DNA of 64,000 bases, taken from the NCBI GenBank assembly GCA_045576675.1, contig JAZNGX010000176.1, forward strand, positions 3,892 to 67,891, in the 5' to 3' direction. The position numbers were made by a program, and so were the translations under genes. The stretch's first letter is position 1; each line of letters starts with the position of its first letter. The notes under the pieces are model-generated. The model saw only the letters and a program-made list of their open reading frames with translations. It was not told where the DNA came from and searched no databases. Of this stretch, positions 1 through 11,784 are shown one piece after another. The stretch is from Clostridia bacterium. GTDB lineage: Bacteria > Bacillota > Clostridia > Monoglobales > Firm-18.

Positions 1-571
1 TTTTAAGCCCAATCTCACCGCTTTTTTCCGGATGAAACTGCGTTGCGTGTATGTTGCCGCACTGCACTGCAACGTCAAGCGTTGTCGCATAATCAACAGT
101 TGCAGTTACAATCGATTTATCCAAAGCATCAAGATAATACGAATGAACAAAATAAACATAGCTGTTATTTTCAATGCCGTTAAAAATGTCACCACCTGAA
201 ATGGAAATGGTGTTCCAGCCAATTTGCGGCACCTTTAATCCCTTATCAGGGATTTTAACAATTTTGCCCTTAAGTATTCCAAGCCCCTCGCAGTTGCTCT
301 CTTCACTGTAATCAAACAATAACTGCAAGCCCAGGCATATTCCAAACAACGGAATATTTTTTTCTACTGCTTTTTTTATTGCATTGTCTATTCCTGTTGC
401 TTTGAGCTTTTCCATTGCAATACCAAACGAACCAACACCGGGCAAGATAAGCTTTTGTGCATTTTCTATTTTATTTACATCATTTGTAATCTCGCAATCG
501 CAGCCAATAAACTTAACAGCCTTTTCAACGCTTTTTAAATTGCCTGCACCATAGTCTATTATTGTTATCAT
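1..571 (-). CDS. hisH: Imidazole glycerol phosphate synthase glutamine amidotransferase subunit HisH (3' end runs off the window)
   Basis: Absent from the ORF track because it is cut by the window edge. Own minus-strand translation from ATG 571-569: [58 protein letters not shown], a HisH/class-I GATase pattern. Start overlaps the hisG stop. Confidence 0.85.
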   Translation of the reverse strand, partial: MITIIDYGAGNLKSVEKAVKFIGCDCEITNDVNKIENAQKLILPGVGSFGIAMEKLKATGIDNAIKKAVEKNIPLFGICLGLQLLFDYSEESNCEGLGILKGKIVKIPDKGLKVPQIGWNTISISGGDIFNGIENNSYVYFVHSYYLDALDKSIVTATVDYATTLDVAVQCGNIHATQFHPEKSGEIGLK

Positions 572-1191
572 ACCAACTCACCAATTTTATTTACTATATT
601 CATAATTCTGTCTTTTTCCATTTTCATACTCACACGATTAACGACCAGACGTGCTGAAATGGGGCAGATTTCCTCAATAACTCCCAGACCGTTTTCGTAT
701 AAGGTCTTTCCGCTTTCAACTATATCCACAATTACATCTGCAAGCCCGATTATAGGGCCAAGCTCTACCGAGCCGTTAAGCTTTATAATTTCTATTGTCT
801 GGTTTTTCTTTGTTGAAAAATAATCTCTTGCAATGTTGGGATACTTTGATGCCACCCTTATAAACCCTGCAGGTAACGGCTTGCTCGTGTCGCCGCAAAC
901 GCACATTTTACATTTGCCCAGGTTTAAGTCAAGCACCTCGTACAGATTCTTACCCTCTTCCAAAAGAGTATCCTTGCCCACTATACCAAAATCTGCAGCA
1001 CCATAATGAACATATGTCGGAACGTCGGTTGCTTTTACAAGTATAAAATTGATTTTGTTTTTTTCATCTTTAAATATAAGCTTTCTTGATTTTTCTTTAA
1101 GCTCGTGACAATCAAATCCGATTTTCTCAAAAATTTCTATTGACTGCTCACTTAGTCTGCCCTTTGCAAGTGCAACTGTCAATTCCTTCAA
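568..1191 (-). CDS. hisG: ATP phosphoribosyltransferase, short form (HisG-S)
   Basis: 207-aa ORF: [56 protein letters not shown]. The short length fits a HisZ-dependent form. TTG start overlaps the hisZ TGA (TTGA). Confidence 0.9.
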   Translation of the reverse strand: MKELTVALAKGRLSEQSIEIFEKIGFDCHELKEKSRKLIFKDEKNKINFILVKATDVPTYVHYGAADFGIVGKDTLLEEGKNLYEVLDLNLGKCKMCVCGDTSKPLPAGFIRVASKYPNIARDYFSTKKNQTIEIIKLNGSVELGPIIGLADVIVDIVESGKTLYENGLGVIEEICPISARLVVNRVSMKMEKDRIMNIVNKIGELV

Positions 1192-2429
1192 AGCTCTTCA
1201 CCTCCCGTAAAATCAGTTACTTTGGCATTTGCCTTTTCACCTGTTACAGTGTTGATTATTTCAACATCAGTTTCGTTTACTACACTTACAATTCCTGCTA
1301 TATCCTTTGCTTTTGCATAAGCAATCGGATCATCATCAAGACACATTTCAACAGTAAGTCCGCTTGCACGCAAGCCCTCTGCAACTGCGAACGCCTCTTT
1401 TCGTGCATCCTTATAGTAAACAAGTGTATTAACGCAAGGCATATCAAAAGCTGTGTTGGCATAATTAAGAGCCGAAATCAGACGTTCTATTCCGATTGCC
1501 ATACCCGTCGCGGGAAGCTTTCTCCCGAATTCACCCACAAGGTTATCATACCTTCCGCCACCGCATATAGGGAATCCCACGCCTCTTGCATAACCCTTTG
1601 TTATAATTCCTGTGTAATAATTAAGTCCCTGCACCATTCCCAAATCAACAGCAACATATTTTTCATAGCCGTAATCAACAAGTATATTATACACTTCAAC
1701 AAGGTTGTCAAGAGCATTTTTTGCCGTTTCATCAAGAATAGAAAAATCTATGCTGTCTATTATTTCAATTCCGCCGAACATATTTGGCATATTTAAAATA
1801 AGTGCTTTAAGTTTGTCGTCCGCATCGCTTTCCGAAATAAGTTCTTTTATACCGACTAGACTTTTGTTATCTATAAGCTGACGAAGTGATTCTGTTTTGT
1901 CCTCAGGTAAATTAGCCTGACGTGCAAGTGCCTTAAAAAAGTCTGCGTGACCAACATCTATCTGAAAATCACTTAAACCTGTGCTGCACAAAGCCTTTAT
2001 AGTGGCAGCGATAACCTCGGCATCCGCCTGAGGTGAATTATGCCCGATAAGTTCAATGCCGCCTTGCGTAAACTCCCGTTGCAAAGCACCAGCATGTGCA
2101 TCACCGTCACGGAATGCTCTGCCAACATAACAAAGCCTTAAAGGAAGCGGTGCATTTTTAAGCTTGGTCGCCGTCATTCTCGCAATAGGCGTTGTGATAT
2201 CGTGCCTTAAAGCAAGAATGTTACCGTTTCTGTCTATAAACTTAATAAGCTCTGTTGTATCTTCGCTTGAGAACACGTCGGTAAATTCAAAGGTTGGCGT
2301 TTGAACTTCAAAATAACCAAAGCTTAAAAAAGTATTTTTTATTGTGTTTTCTACAATGTTTTTAATATAGCAATCCTCAACCGTTATATCTAACGCACCG
2401 TTTGGAGTCTGTGTTTTTAACGTTTTCAT
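1188..2429 (-). CDS. hisZ: ATP phosphoribosyltransferase regulatory subunit (HisRS paralogue)
   Basis: 413-aa ORF with a class-II aaRS/HisRS-like core ([26 protein letters not shown]). Lies directly upstream of and overlapping short-form hisG. Confidence 0.85.
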   Translation of the reverse strand: MKTLKTQTPNGALDITVEDCYIKNIVENTIKNTFLSFGYFEVQTPTFEFTDVFSSEDTTELIKFIDRNGNILALRHDITTPIARMTATKLKNAPLPLRLCYVGRAFRDGDAHAGALQREFTQGGIELIGHNSPQADAEVIAATIKALCSTGLSDFQIDVGHADFFKALARQANLPEDKTESLRQLIDNKSLVGIKELISESDADDKLKALILNMPNMFGGIEIIDSIDFSILDETAKNALDNLVEVYNILVDYGYEKYVAVDLGMVQGLNYYTGIITKGYARGVGFPICGGGRYDNLVGEFGRKLPATGMAIGIERLISALNYANTAFDMPCVNTLVYYKDARKEAFAVAEGLRASGLTVEMCLDDDPIAYAKAKDIAGIVSVVNETDVEIINTVTGEKANAKVTDFTGGEEL

Positions 2430-2502
2430 AACTCTACCTCACTTTATTACGCTAAATCGTTAAAGTGATTATACTATTATATTTAATATTTGTCAATAGA
2501 AT

Positions 2503-2531
2503 TTGCATAATTAATTAATTTATGTTAAAAT
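2503..2531 (+). promoter_or_regulatory. Candidate sigma-A promoter for ispF (TTGCAT, 17 nt, TAAAAT with upstream TG)
   Basis: TTGCAT at 2503-2508, 17-nt spacer ending in TGT, TAAAAT at 2526-2531, 20 nt before the ispF ATG region with RBS AGAGGTGG. Confidence 0.35.
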
Positions 2532-2550
2532 ATACATAAGAGGTGGTATA

Positions 2551-3024
2551 ATGAAAGTCGGAATAGGCTATGATGTACATAAATTATGTGAAAATCGAAA
2601 ACTGATATTAGGCGGTGTTGAAATCCCACATCAGCTCGGTTTGCTTGGTCATTCGGATGCAGATGTTTTGGTTCACGCAATAATGGACGCCCTTTTGGGT
2701 GCGTGTGCGTTAGGCGACATTGGCAAGCATTTTCCGGATACCGATATGCAATATAAAAACATATCAAGCATCGAGCTTTTAAAGCACGTAGGTATGTTGC
2801 TTAAAGAAAACAATTACACAATTAATAATATCGACAGTATAATTGTTGCACAGCAGCCAAAGGTTTCACCATATATTGATAGTATGCGTGAAAATATTGC
2901 CGATGCATTAGAACTTGACACCGATGTAGTAAGTGTAAAAGCAACCACAACCGAACAGCTTGGTTTCGAGGGCAGAAAAGAAGGTATTTCCGCCCACAGT
3001 ATTGTCTCAGTTGAAAAATGTTAA
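2551..3024 (+). CDS. ispF: 2-C-methyl-D-erythritol 2,4-cyclodiphosphate synthase
   Basis: 157 aa: [50 protein letters not shown], the canonical IspF signature. Confidence 0.95.
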   Translation: MKVGIGYDVHKLCENRKLILGGVEIPHQLGLLGHSDADVLVHAIMDALLGACALGDIGKHFPDTDMQYKNISSIELLKHVGMLLKENNYTINNIDSIIVAQQPKVSPYIDSMRENIADALELDTDVVSVKATTTEQLGFEGRKEGISAHSIVSVEKC

Positions 3025-3050
3025 AAGAAGATGCCACGGCATCTTCTTTT
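3023..3050. terminator. Bidirectional hairpin between convergent ispF and the DeoR gene
   Basis: aaaagaagatgc-cacg-gcatcttctttt: perfect 12-bp arms with A-run and T-run flanks. Confidence 0.6.
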
Positions 3051-3808
3051 TAATATACATTTATAAAATTAACATTCTCATATTCTTTATCAAGATAGGC
3101 TTCAACACTTATATCGCTTATTAGATAATCAATCTCGGACATATCGCAAAGCCTGTATGCAGAGAAACGATTTATCTTGCTGTGGTCACAAAGGAAAACA
3201 CTATGTTCTGAATTTTCCATCATTAATCTTCTGAGTGAAATTTCACTTTCAAAGCAATCATACAAAACACCATCCCTTGTAAGCGACTGTGCCGAGAAAA
3301 AGCAATAATCAGCATGAAACGATTTTAGCATTTCCTCCGTATGCATTCCTACAAAGCAAGAACGGTTTTCATAACTCAGCTTGCCACCCGCAAGAAACGA
3401 ATTAATGTTATACTCTGCACAAGCAGATACAGATGCAAGGCTATTAGTAATTATTGTTATATCTTTTATGTCCTTTAAATATTCCAGCATAAAATATGTA
3501 CTCGTGGAACAGTCAAGAAATATTACATCACCCGACTTTACAAGTGAGGCTGCACATTTTGCAACTGACTGCTTTTCCTGAGTGTTCTGATGACTACGAA
3601 GATAAAAGGGAATTTTACGATTTACAGACTCTTTTATTTCTGCACCGCCATAGCTACGCAAAATAAGTCCCTTAGCTTCAAGCCGTTTTAAATCTCTGCG
3701 TACACTTGACGGACTTATGTGTATCATTCTGGCAAGATATTCAACTGTTGCATAAGTATTTTTCTCAAGAAGATTCATAATCTCTTTTTCTCTTTCACTT
3801 CCGTACAT
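3050..3808 (-). CDS. DeoR/GlpR-family transcriptional regulator
   Basis: 252 aa. N-terminal wHTH (EREKEIMNLLEKNTYATVEYLARMIHISPSSVRRDLKRLEAKGL) plus a C-terminal DeoR sugar-phosphate-binding-like domain. Confidence 0.85.
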   Translation of the reverse strand: MYGSEREKEIMNLLEKNTYATVEYLARMIHISPSSVRRDLKRLEAKGLILRSYGGAEIKESVNRKIPFYLRSHQNTQEKQSVAKCAASLVKSGDVIFLDCSTSTYFMLEYLKDIKDITIITNSLASVSACAEYNINSFLAGGKLSYENRSCFVGMHTEEMLKSFHADYCFFSAQSLTRDGVLYDCFESEISLRRLMMENSEHSVFLCDHSKINRFSAYRLCDMSEIDYLISDISVEAYLDKEYENVNFINVY

Positions 3809-3951
3809 AATATCCCTTCCTTTGCGTATTGTTGCTCATTTAATAACATAATTCATAAAATGTTTCATTTTATTCGCCATTGTTGATTTTTATTACTATT
3901 ATTATACAATAATTATATAAAAATAACAATAGTAATGAAAGGATATATAAA

Positions 3952-4740
3952 ATGAGTTTAAAAGACAAAAAATTATTTTTACTTGATATGGACGGCACTA
4001 TTTACCTTGACAACGAATTGTTTGACGGCACGCTTGAATTTTTAGAATATTTAAAGCATACGGGCAGGCACTACATCTTTATAACAAACAATTCATCAAA
4101 AAGCATAGAAAAATATATGGAAAAACTTGAAAAGCTTGGTATAAAATCTTCTATACAGGATTTTTTAACATCTGCTGATGCTATGTGCGTTTATCTTAAA
4201 AAGAAGAAATATAAAAAAATATACGTACTTGGAACACAATCATTTATAAGTCAGCTTGAAAGCTGCGAGCTTCCTGTAACAACTTCACTTTCTGATGATA
4301 TTGACTGTCTTTGTATGGGCTTTGATACCGAGCTTACATTTAATAAGCTGGAAGATGCGTGCATACTATTAAACAGAGCTATAGACTACGTTGCAACAAA
4401 TCCCGACCTGGTATGCCCCACTTCATACGGATTTGTTCCCGACTGTGGCTCAGTAGCACAACTACTTTATGCTGCAACAAAAAGAACTCCTGAATACATA
4501 GGGAAACCAAAACCCGAAATGATATATATGGCAATGGATAAAGCAGGCTTTAGTAAAAACGAAACCGTTGTGGTGGGAGACAGATTATACACAGATATTG
4601 CCGCAGGTGCAAACGCACAGGTAGATACAATATTTGTATTAAGCGGCGAAGGCACTGTTGATGATTTGAAAAAAAGCTATATTAAACCATCATACGTGCT
4701 TGATAATATAAAAGAAATTTTAAATGAAATAAAATGCTAA
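3952..4740 (+). CDS. HAD-IIA family hydrolase (NagD/sugar-phosphatase-like)
   Basis: 262 aa: FLLDMDGTIY (DxDGT nucleophile motif), ITNNSS, GKP, VGDRLYTDI. Confidence 0.8.
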   Translation: MSLKDKKLFLLDMDGTIYLDNELFDGTLEFLEYLKHTGRHYIFITNNSSKSIEKYMEKLEKLGIKSSIQDFLTSADAMCVYLKKKKYKKIYVLGTQSFISQLESCELPVTTSLSDDIDCLCMGFDTELTFNKLEDACILLNRAIDYVATNPDLVCPTSYGFVPDCGSVAQLLYAATKRTPEYIGKPKPEMIYMAMDKAGFSKNETVVVGDRLYTDIAAGANAQVDTIFVLSGEGTVDDLKKSYIKPSYVLDNIKEILNEIKC

Positions 4741-4876
4741 ATAATGGGAATAATAGCAATAAGAAAACGCCTTCAGCATATACTAATAGTATGTGCAGTT
4801 GCTCCAATTTTCAAAAACACACGAAAATAAATGAAAATCTTAGAAAACGAGAGGTTCTTAAATGTATTTTCATAAT

Positions 4877-4905
4877 TTGGCAATAATTTAAACATAGCAA
4901 ATAAT
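4877..4905 (+). promoter_or_regulatory. Candidate sigma-A promoter of groESL (TTGGCA, 17 nt, AATAAT)
   Basis: TTGGCA 4877-4882, 17-nt spacer, AATAAT 4900-4905. A better -10 (TATAAT 4930-4935) sits just upstream of CIRCE but has a poor -35, so the true promoter is uncertain. Confidence 0.3.
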
Positions 4906-4943
4906 GCATAAAAACCAATAAATGAGTATTATAATAATATCAT

Positions 4944-4970
4944 TTAGCACTCAACCAACAAGAGTGCTAA
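4944..4970 (+). promoter_or_regulatory. CIRCE operator (HrcA binding site)
   Basis: Perfect TTAGCACTC-N9-GAGTGCTAA inverted repeat, 44 nt upstream of groES. Confidence 0.92.
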
Positions 4971-4998
4971 CAACCCAAAAAATATTCATTTAATATAA

Positions 4999-6945
<1,947 letters not shown>

Positions 6946-6979
6946 TTCCTGAAAGTAATTAATTATCAATAAAAAATTC

Positions 6980-7017
6980 AAGGCAGAAACGAATCAAAGC
7001 GTTTCTGCCTTCTTTAT
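6980..7017 (+). terminator. Rho-independent terminator after groEL
   Basis: aaggcagaaacg-aatcaaag-cgtttctgcctt (12-bp stem) followed by CTTTAT. Confidence 0.7.
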
Positions 7018-7063
7018 ATAATTTACAAATCTTATATTATAGAGCATAGCAACAAAAATAATC

Positions 7064-7915
7064 CTAAAACAATTTTTTCAAAGTCCTTTCCATATGGGAC
7101 AAATCATAAAAACCGCACTTGTGTGCAATTTCTGTTTTTGAAAAGTTGGAATTATCAATCATTTCCAAAGCCTTTTTACAGCGGTAACCGTTTATGTACT
7201 CCATAGGTGTACACTCGCATAAATTACGAAATGTGCGAAGAAAGGTCGAGCGAGAAAGAAAAGCCTTTTTGCATAACGATTCAATAGTAATTTTATTATC
7301 GTAGTTTTGATGTATATATTCAAGAACTTTAATAATTTCAATATTATATTTATTTAAAGCTTTTTCATCATTTTTTTGCATTTGATGGTAAAGCAAGCTC
7401 GACATCCAATACAATACTTTCCATGCCGTGTGATTTTTTAAAGGCTGCAGCTCTTCTGTGTCAAACATTCCATTTTCTTCAATAATACTTAAATCTGATT
7501 TCAAGGTCATAAGCTGACTGTACGAAAGATGCAAAAACAGCTTGTTTGAAAAACACTTACGCAAAAAAGGTTCTATTTCAACAAGATATATAAACCCCGG
7601 ATAATTTGCAGATTCATTTTGATTATCAATTATAAATTTCTTTTGTAGTAAAATATGATAAACATCCAAATCCTCGGTGTCATAATATGCGTGAATTGCC
7701 ATTGGCGGAATCACAAAAACATCACCGGTTTTTACATTAAAACATACATTTTCTATTTGATGCTTGCCTCTTCCTTTTATAATGATATTCATCTCATAAA
7801 AATCATGATTATGAGGTTCTATAGAGTAATCCTTATATAAAAATGCACGTACCATTTGTTTTTCATTTTTAAAATTTTGTTCCATATCACAGTGAAATTT
7901 AATATCCATTTTCAC
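7064..7915 (-). CDS. AraC-family transcriptional regulator (cupin-like N-domain plus HTH_18)
   Basis: 283 aa. N-terminal AraC-type ligand/cupin segment (HNHDFYEMNIIIKGRGKH..GDVFVIPP..HAY) and C-terminal AraC HTH (ITIESLCKKAFLSRSTFLRTFRN..TPMEYINGYR). Divergent from the GRE operon. Confidence 0.85.
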   Translation of the reverse strand: MKMDIKFHCDMEQNFKNEKQMVRAFLYKDYSIEPHNHDFYEMNIIIKGRGKHQIENVCFNVKTGDVFVIPPMAIHAYYDTEDLDVYHILLQKKFIIDNQNESANYPGFIYLVEIEPFLRKCFSNKLFLHLSYSQLMTLKSDLSIIEENGMFDTEELQPLKNHTAWKVLYWMSSLLYHQMQKNDEKALNKYNIEIIKVLEYIHQNYDNKITIESLCKKAFLSRSTFLRTFRNLCECTPMEYINGYRCKKALEMIDNSNFSKTEIAHKCGFYDLSHMERTLKKLF

Positions 7916-8018
7916 ACCCCTATTTTGAAACTATTATACATAATTTTTCGGTTTTTGTACTATTTATAATACCACATTATATGTTATAATACAAGAAAAA
8001 TATGAAAGAGGTTTTGTT

Positions 8019-10109
8019 ATGCATAGAATAAAAAATCTACGTTCACAGGCTTTGAACAACACAGTTCGCTATGATGAGTTTTTTTATAAATATTATAAAT
8101 TCTATACAAACAGCAAAAATACATCAAAAGAAGAAAAATATTCTGAGGCTTTTTATTTTGCATTTTCTAATTTGACACCTTTTATATCTGAAGACGAGCT
8201 TATCGTTGGAAAATGCGGATGCGGACTTTTACCTGCTGAGGAAGCAGAATGGAAAAACAAGTATATTAAAATTGCACAAGAAGCAAGCACCCGTGCAGGT
8301 GAGGGGCAGGATTCTCATTTGGCAATTGACTATGACCTTGTATTAAATTGCGGATTAAATGGGATTATTGAAAAAATTGACTATAACTTATCAATTTGTG
8401 ATGAGGACAAGAAAACGTTTTATAAAACCTGCAAAAAATGTCTTGAAGCTGTAATAAAGCATTCTGAACGCCATGCTGATGCAGCAAAAGATATGGCAAA
8501 AAAAGCATCAAACGAGAATAGAAGAAAAGAGCTTGAAAAAATATCTGATATCTGCAGAAAAGTTCCCGCCAATCCGGCAGAAAGCTTTTATGAAGCAGTA
8601 CAATCCGTACACTTTATTACATATTGTTTATCGATGAATCCATTAAGATATTGTCATCAACAGTTCCAGCTGGGGCATCCTGACCGTTATTTGTTAAAGT
8701 ATTATAAAAAAGATATACAAAACGGCAGCATCACAAAAGAATATGCACAGCTGCTCCTTGATTGCCTTGGAATACAAATAAACAACCGTGTACCAAATGG
8801 GCTTTCAAGCGGTTATATGGTAGGTGGACGTGACGAAAATGGTAACATTGTGGCAAATGAGCTTACAAATATGTGTATGCAGGTCATTGATGACATAAGG
8901 CTGGTTTATCCTGCAGTCGGACTATGTTTCACAGACGGAATGGATGATATATATATTGAAAAAGCCTGTGAAATTTTATCTCACGGATGTTCGCACCCCG
9001 CAATATTCAATGATGACATTATAACAAAAGGATTAATGTATTATGGCGTGCCTGAAAATGAAGCACATAATTACATCCACAGTACTTGTGTTGAAATTAC
9101 TCCTGTAGCGTCTTCCAATGTATGGGTAGCCAGTCCGTATACGAATATGCCACAGATTTTACTGGAGCTTCTTGACAAAGAATATGTCAGCTTCGATGAA
9201 CTGTTATCCGCTTTTTTCGCAAAGCTTGATGTAAAAATCAAATACAATTTTGAAAATGAAAATTCCAAGCGAAAAATCCGCTGTGAAAATTCAATTAACC
9301 CCCTGCTTTCTTGCTTTATTAATGATTGTCTTGCAAACGGAACAGACATTGAACAGGGCGGTGCAAGATACAACTGGATTATGCCTTCTTTCGTCGGAAT
9401 GGCAAACCTAGTTGACTCATTATATGCACTGAAAAATATAGTATTCGAAAAAAAAGAGTTAAGCATCAAGGAATTTAAAACTATACTTGACAATAATTTT
9501 GAAGGAGAAGAACTTTTCAGACAGCGTTTATTAAACAGTATTCCAAAGTATGGTAATAACATTGATGAAATTGATTGCTTTTATAGTACAATAGCAGAAC
9601 ATATAACATCAGAATGTAAAAAATATAACGGAGTACATTCAAACAGTTTGCTTATTCCAAGCGTATTTTGTTGGATAATGCACGAGCGTTTCGGGCAAGA
9701 AACCGGTGCCACCCCGGATGGTAGAAAATCAGGATTTCCGCTTGGTGACGGTTCAGGTCCGTGTCAGGGCAGAGAAGCAAATGGTCCTACAGCCTCTATA
9801 CTGTCTTCAACAAAGTGGGCTCATCACAAATTTATAGGCGGTGTTGCTGTCAATATGAAATTTTCAAAAAAATCCTTGGGGTTAAATTCACTTAATATAA
9901 TGAAAAGCCTTATTAAAACTTTTCTTAAAAAAGGTGGATTTGAAATGCAAATTAATGTAACAGACAAAAGTACTTTGGAAAAAGCTGCAGTAAATCCTGA
10001 AATGTACAGTGACCTTGTTGTAAGAATCGGTGGATATAGTGATTATTTTGTGAAACTATCTCCCAAAATGCAGCAAGAGATAATTTTAAGAACGGAGCAT
10101 AATATATAA
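8019..10109 (+). CDS. Glycyl radical enzyme, PFL2/glycerol-dehydratase-like clade, unusually short (696 aa), substrate unknown
   Basis: C-terminal Gly-radical loop VVRIGGYSDYF (Gly672, nt 10032-10034). Single catalytic Cys in TCVE (Cys357 nt 9087-9089, Glu359), not the PFL Cys-Cys dyad. Activase gene abuts it. Confidence 0.85.
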   Translation: MHRIKNLRSQALNNTVRYDEFFYKYYKFYTNSKNTSKEEKYSEAFYFAFSNLTPFISEDELIVGKCGCGLLPAEEAEWKNKYIKIAQEASTRAGEGQDSHLAIDYDLVLNCGLNGIIEKIDYNLSICDEDKKTFYKTCKKCLEAVIKHSERHADAAKDMAKKASNENRRKELEKISDICRKVPANPAESFYEAVQSVHFITYCLSMNPLRYCHQQFQLGHPDRYLLKYYKKDIQNGSITKEYAQLLLDCLGIQINNRVPNGLSSGYMVGGRDENGNIVANELTNMCMQVIDDIRLVYPAVGLCFTDGMDDIYIEKACEILSHGCSHPAIFNDDIITKGLMYYGVPENEAHNYIHSTCVEITPVASSNVWVASPYTNMPQILLELLDKEYVSFDELLSAFFAKLDVKIKYNFENENSKRKIRCENSINPLLSCFINDCLANGTDIEQGGARYNWIMPSFVGMANLVDSLYALKNIVFEKKELSIKEFKTILDNNFEGEELFRQRLLNSIPKYGNNIDEIDCFYSTIAEHITSECKKYNGVHSNSLLIPSVFCWIMHERFGQETGATPDGRKSGFPLGDGSGPCQGREANGPTASILSSTKWAHHKFIGGVAVNMKFSKKSLGLNSLNIMKSLIKTFLKKGGFEMQINVTDKSTLEKAAVNPEMYSDLVVRIGGYSDYFVKLSPKMQQEIILRTEHNI

Positions 10110-11009
10110 ATGACCGGTAAGATATTTAACATTCAGCGTTTTTCAACAAATGACGGTCCGGGCATAAGAACTACTGTCTTTTTAAAAGGCTGTCCTCTTT
10201 CTTGCATATGGTGTCATAACCCGGAATCACAATCAATTTATCCTGAGATTTTTTATGATGAAAGAAAATGCATGTATTGCAGAATGTGCGAAAAAATCTG
10301 CAAACATAATCAACACATATTTGATTCAAGCAAACATATTTTTTTGCGTAACAACTGCGAAAAATGTATGGAATGTGTAGCGGAATGTCCTGCAGGGGCT
10401 TTTGAGATTTGCGGAAAAGAATCAACTGTTGATAAAATCATTTCTGAAGTTGTAAAAGATACAGAGTTTTATGAACAATCAGGCGGCGGTATTACGCTTT
10501 CCGGCGGTGAGCCTCTTATGCAATATGAGTTTTCTCTTGAAATATTGAAAAAAGCTAAAGAAAAAAGTATTCATACTGCAGTTGAAACAAGTGGATATTG
10601 CAATAGAAATTTAAACAAAATAAGCAGATATGTCGATTTATGGTTATATGACATAAAACTGTTTTCAGAAAGTGAGCATATTAAATGTACAGGTGTTTCA
10701 AACAAAAAAATACTTGATAATCTATATTTCCTCGACAACAATGGAGAAAAAATCATTTTACGATGCCCGATAATTCCTGAAATCAACAATACACAAGAGC
10801 ATTTTGACAGAGTTGCCAATCTGGCAAACAACTTAAAAAATGTTAAAGCAATACATTTTGAGCCATACCATCCTATGGGGATTGATAAAGCAACCAACCT
10901 TGGAATAACTAAAGTATATAAAAACAAAAATTTTCTGCAAAAAGAGGATATAAGCCTTTTTGCAAACAGCGTAAGAAATAAAACAAATATTGTTGTTGAA
11001 GTCTTATAA
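10110..11009 (+). CDS. Glycyl-radical enzyme activating protein (radical SAM)
   Basis: 299 aa: DGPGIRTTVFLKGCPLSCIWCHNPE (CX3CX2C) plus two ferredoxin-like clusters (CMYCRMCEKIC, CEKCMECVAECP). ATG follows the GRE TAA directly. Confidence 0.9.
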   Translation: MTGKIFNIQRFSTNDGPGIRTTVFLKGCPLSCIWCHNPESQSIYPEIFYDERKCMYCRMCEKICKHNQHIFDSSKHIFLRNNCEKCMECVAECPAGAFEICGKESTVDKIISEVVKDTEFYEQSGGGITLSGGEPLMQYEFSLEILKKAKEKSIHTAVETSGYCNRNLNKISRYVDLWLYDIKLFSESEHIKCTGVSNKKILDNLYFLDNNGEKIILRCPIIPEINNTQEHFDRVANLANNLKNVKAIHFEPYHPMGIDKATNLGITKVYKNKNFLQKEDISLFANSVRNKTNIVVEVL

Positions 11010-11014
11010 ATTAA

Positions 11015-11045
11015 GAAGAAGGCGGGTTATCCGCCTTCTTCCTTT
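11015..11045 (+). terminator. Rho-independent terminator after the GRE activase
   Basis: gaagaaggcgg-gttat-ccgccttcttc followed by CTTTG. Confidence 0.7.
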
Positions 11046-11128
11046 GAATTTACTTTGAATTCTGTACCAATTTTATTTAATTAAAACACATTGCTTTATG
11101 CAGTCTGTGCATTTTATCCTAGCCAAAA

Positions 11129-11671
11129 TTATTCTTCCATTTGTTTTCCTAAAAACATTGATGCACTTTTTGCAAGCTTTTCTTCAGTATCCGAGAAAGT
11201 TATATCTCCATCATTCAAAAATACTACTGCACCAATCGAGTCACCCTCTGATATAATCGGCTGAATTACACCTGCATTATATTTATCCGTTCCGTCAACC
11301 ACACTCATATTTTTTGTTACACCGTTTTTAACAACAAAAGCGGTTTTTTCTTCCATTATTTTTTCTATGTCGTCGGATACTCTTTTGTCAAGAAACTCTT
11401 TTTTAGGTGCTCCCGAAACCGCAATTATGTTATCCTTGTCTGAAATACAAACAGGGCAACCTGCAGTTTTTGCCAAAGCCTCGGCATATTGCACAGCAAA
11501 ATTGCCAAGCTCTCCAATCGGAGAATATTTCTTGAATATAACCTCACCATCTCTATTTGTAAATATTTCCAAAGGGTCGCCCTCACGAATTCGCATTGTA
11601 CGTCTTATTTCTTTAGGTATGACAACACGTCCTAAGTCGTCTATTCTTCTTACAATTCCTGTTGCTTTCAT
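11129..11671 (-). CDS. spoVT: Stage V sporulation transcription factor SpoVT (AbrB-type N-domain plus GAF-like C-domain)
   Basis: MKATGIVRRIDDLGRVVIPKEIRRTMRIREGDPLEIF matches the SpoVT/AbrB swapped-hairpin N-terminus. I moved the start to Met40 of the track ORF (ATG 11671, RBS AAAGGAG upstream). The 39-aa extension looks spurious. Confidence 0.85.
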   Translation of the reverse strand: MKATGIVRRIDDLGRVVIPKEIRRTMRIREGDPLEIFTNRDGEVIFKKYSPIGELGNFAVQYAEALAKTAGCPVCISDKDNIIAVSGAPKKEFLDKRVSDDIEKIMEEKTAFVVKNGVTKNMSVVDGTDKYNAGVIQPIISEGDSIGAVVFLNDGDITFSDTEEKLAKSASMFLGKQMEE

Positions 11672-11784
11672 ATTGTAAATGCTCCTTTTGTTTGAATTTA
11701 CAGTAGTATTGTGTGCAACTGAGGAATTTTTATGTAAAGAAAAAATTGGTACATTTATTAATGCACCAATTTCAAAAGCACAAA

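Noticed and set aside
1140-1796. 218-aa plus-strand ORF antisense to hisZ
   Set aside because: Lies entirely within the well-supported hisZ/hisG coding region. Cys/Ile/Phe-rich low-complexity translation typical of antisense frames in AT-rich DNA. No RBS.
9071-9562. 163-aa minus-strand ORF inside the glycyl radical enzyme gene
   Set aside because: Antisense to a strongly supported CDS, with a Ser/Leu/Phe-rich nonsense-like composition. The same applies to the other short antisense ORFs in the track, for example 10571-10927, 31823-32221, 34673-35083, 44697-45050 and 52817-53293.
8019-10109. Calling the glycyl radical enzyme a pyruvate formate-lyase
   Set aside because: It lacks the adjacent Cys-Cys dyad of PFL. 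It has a single Cys followed by x-Glu (TCVE) and a PFL2-type N-terminus, so I report it as a GRE of unknown substrate instead.
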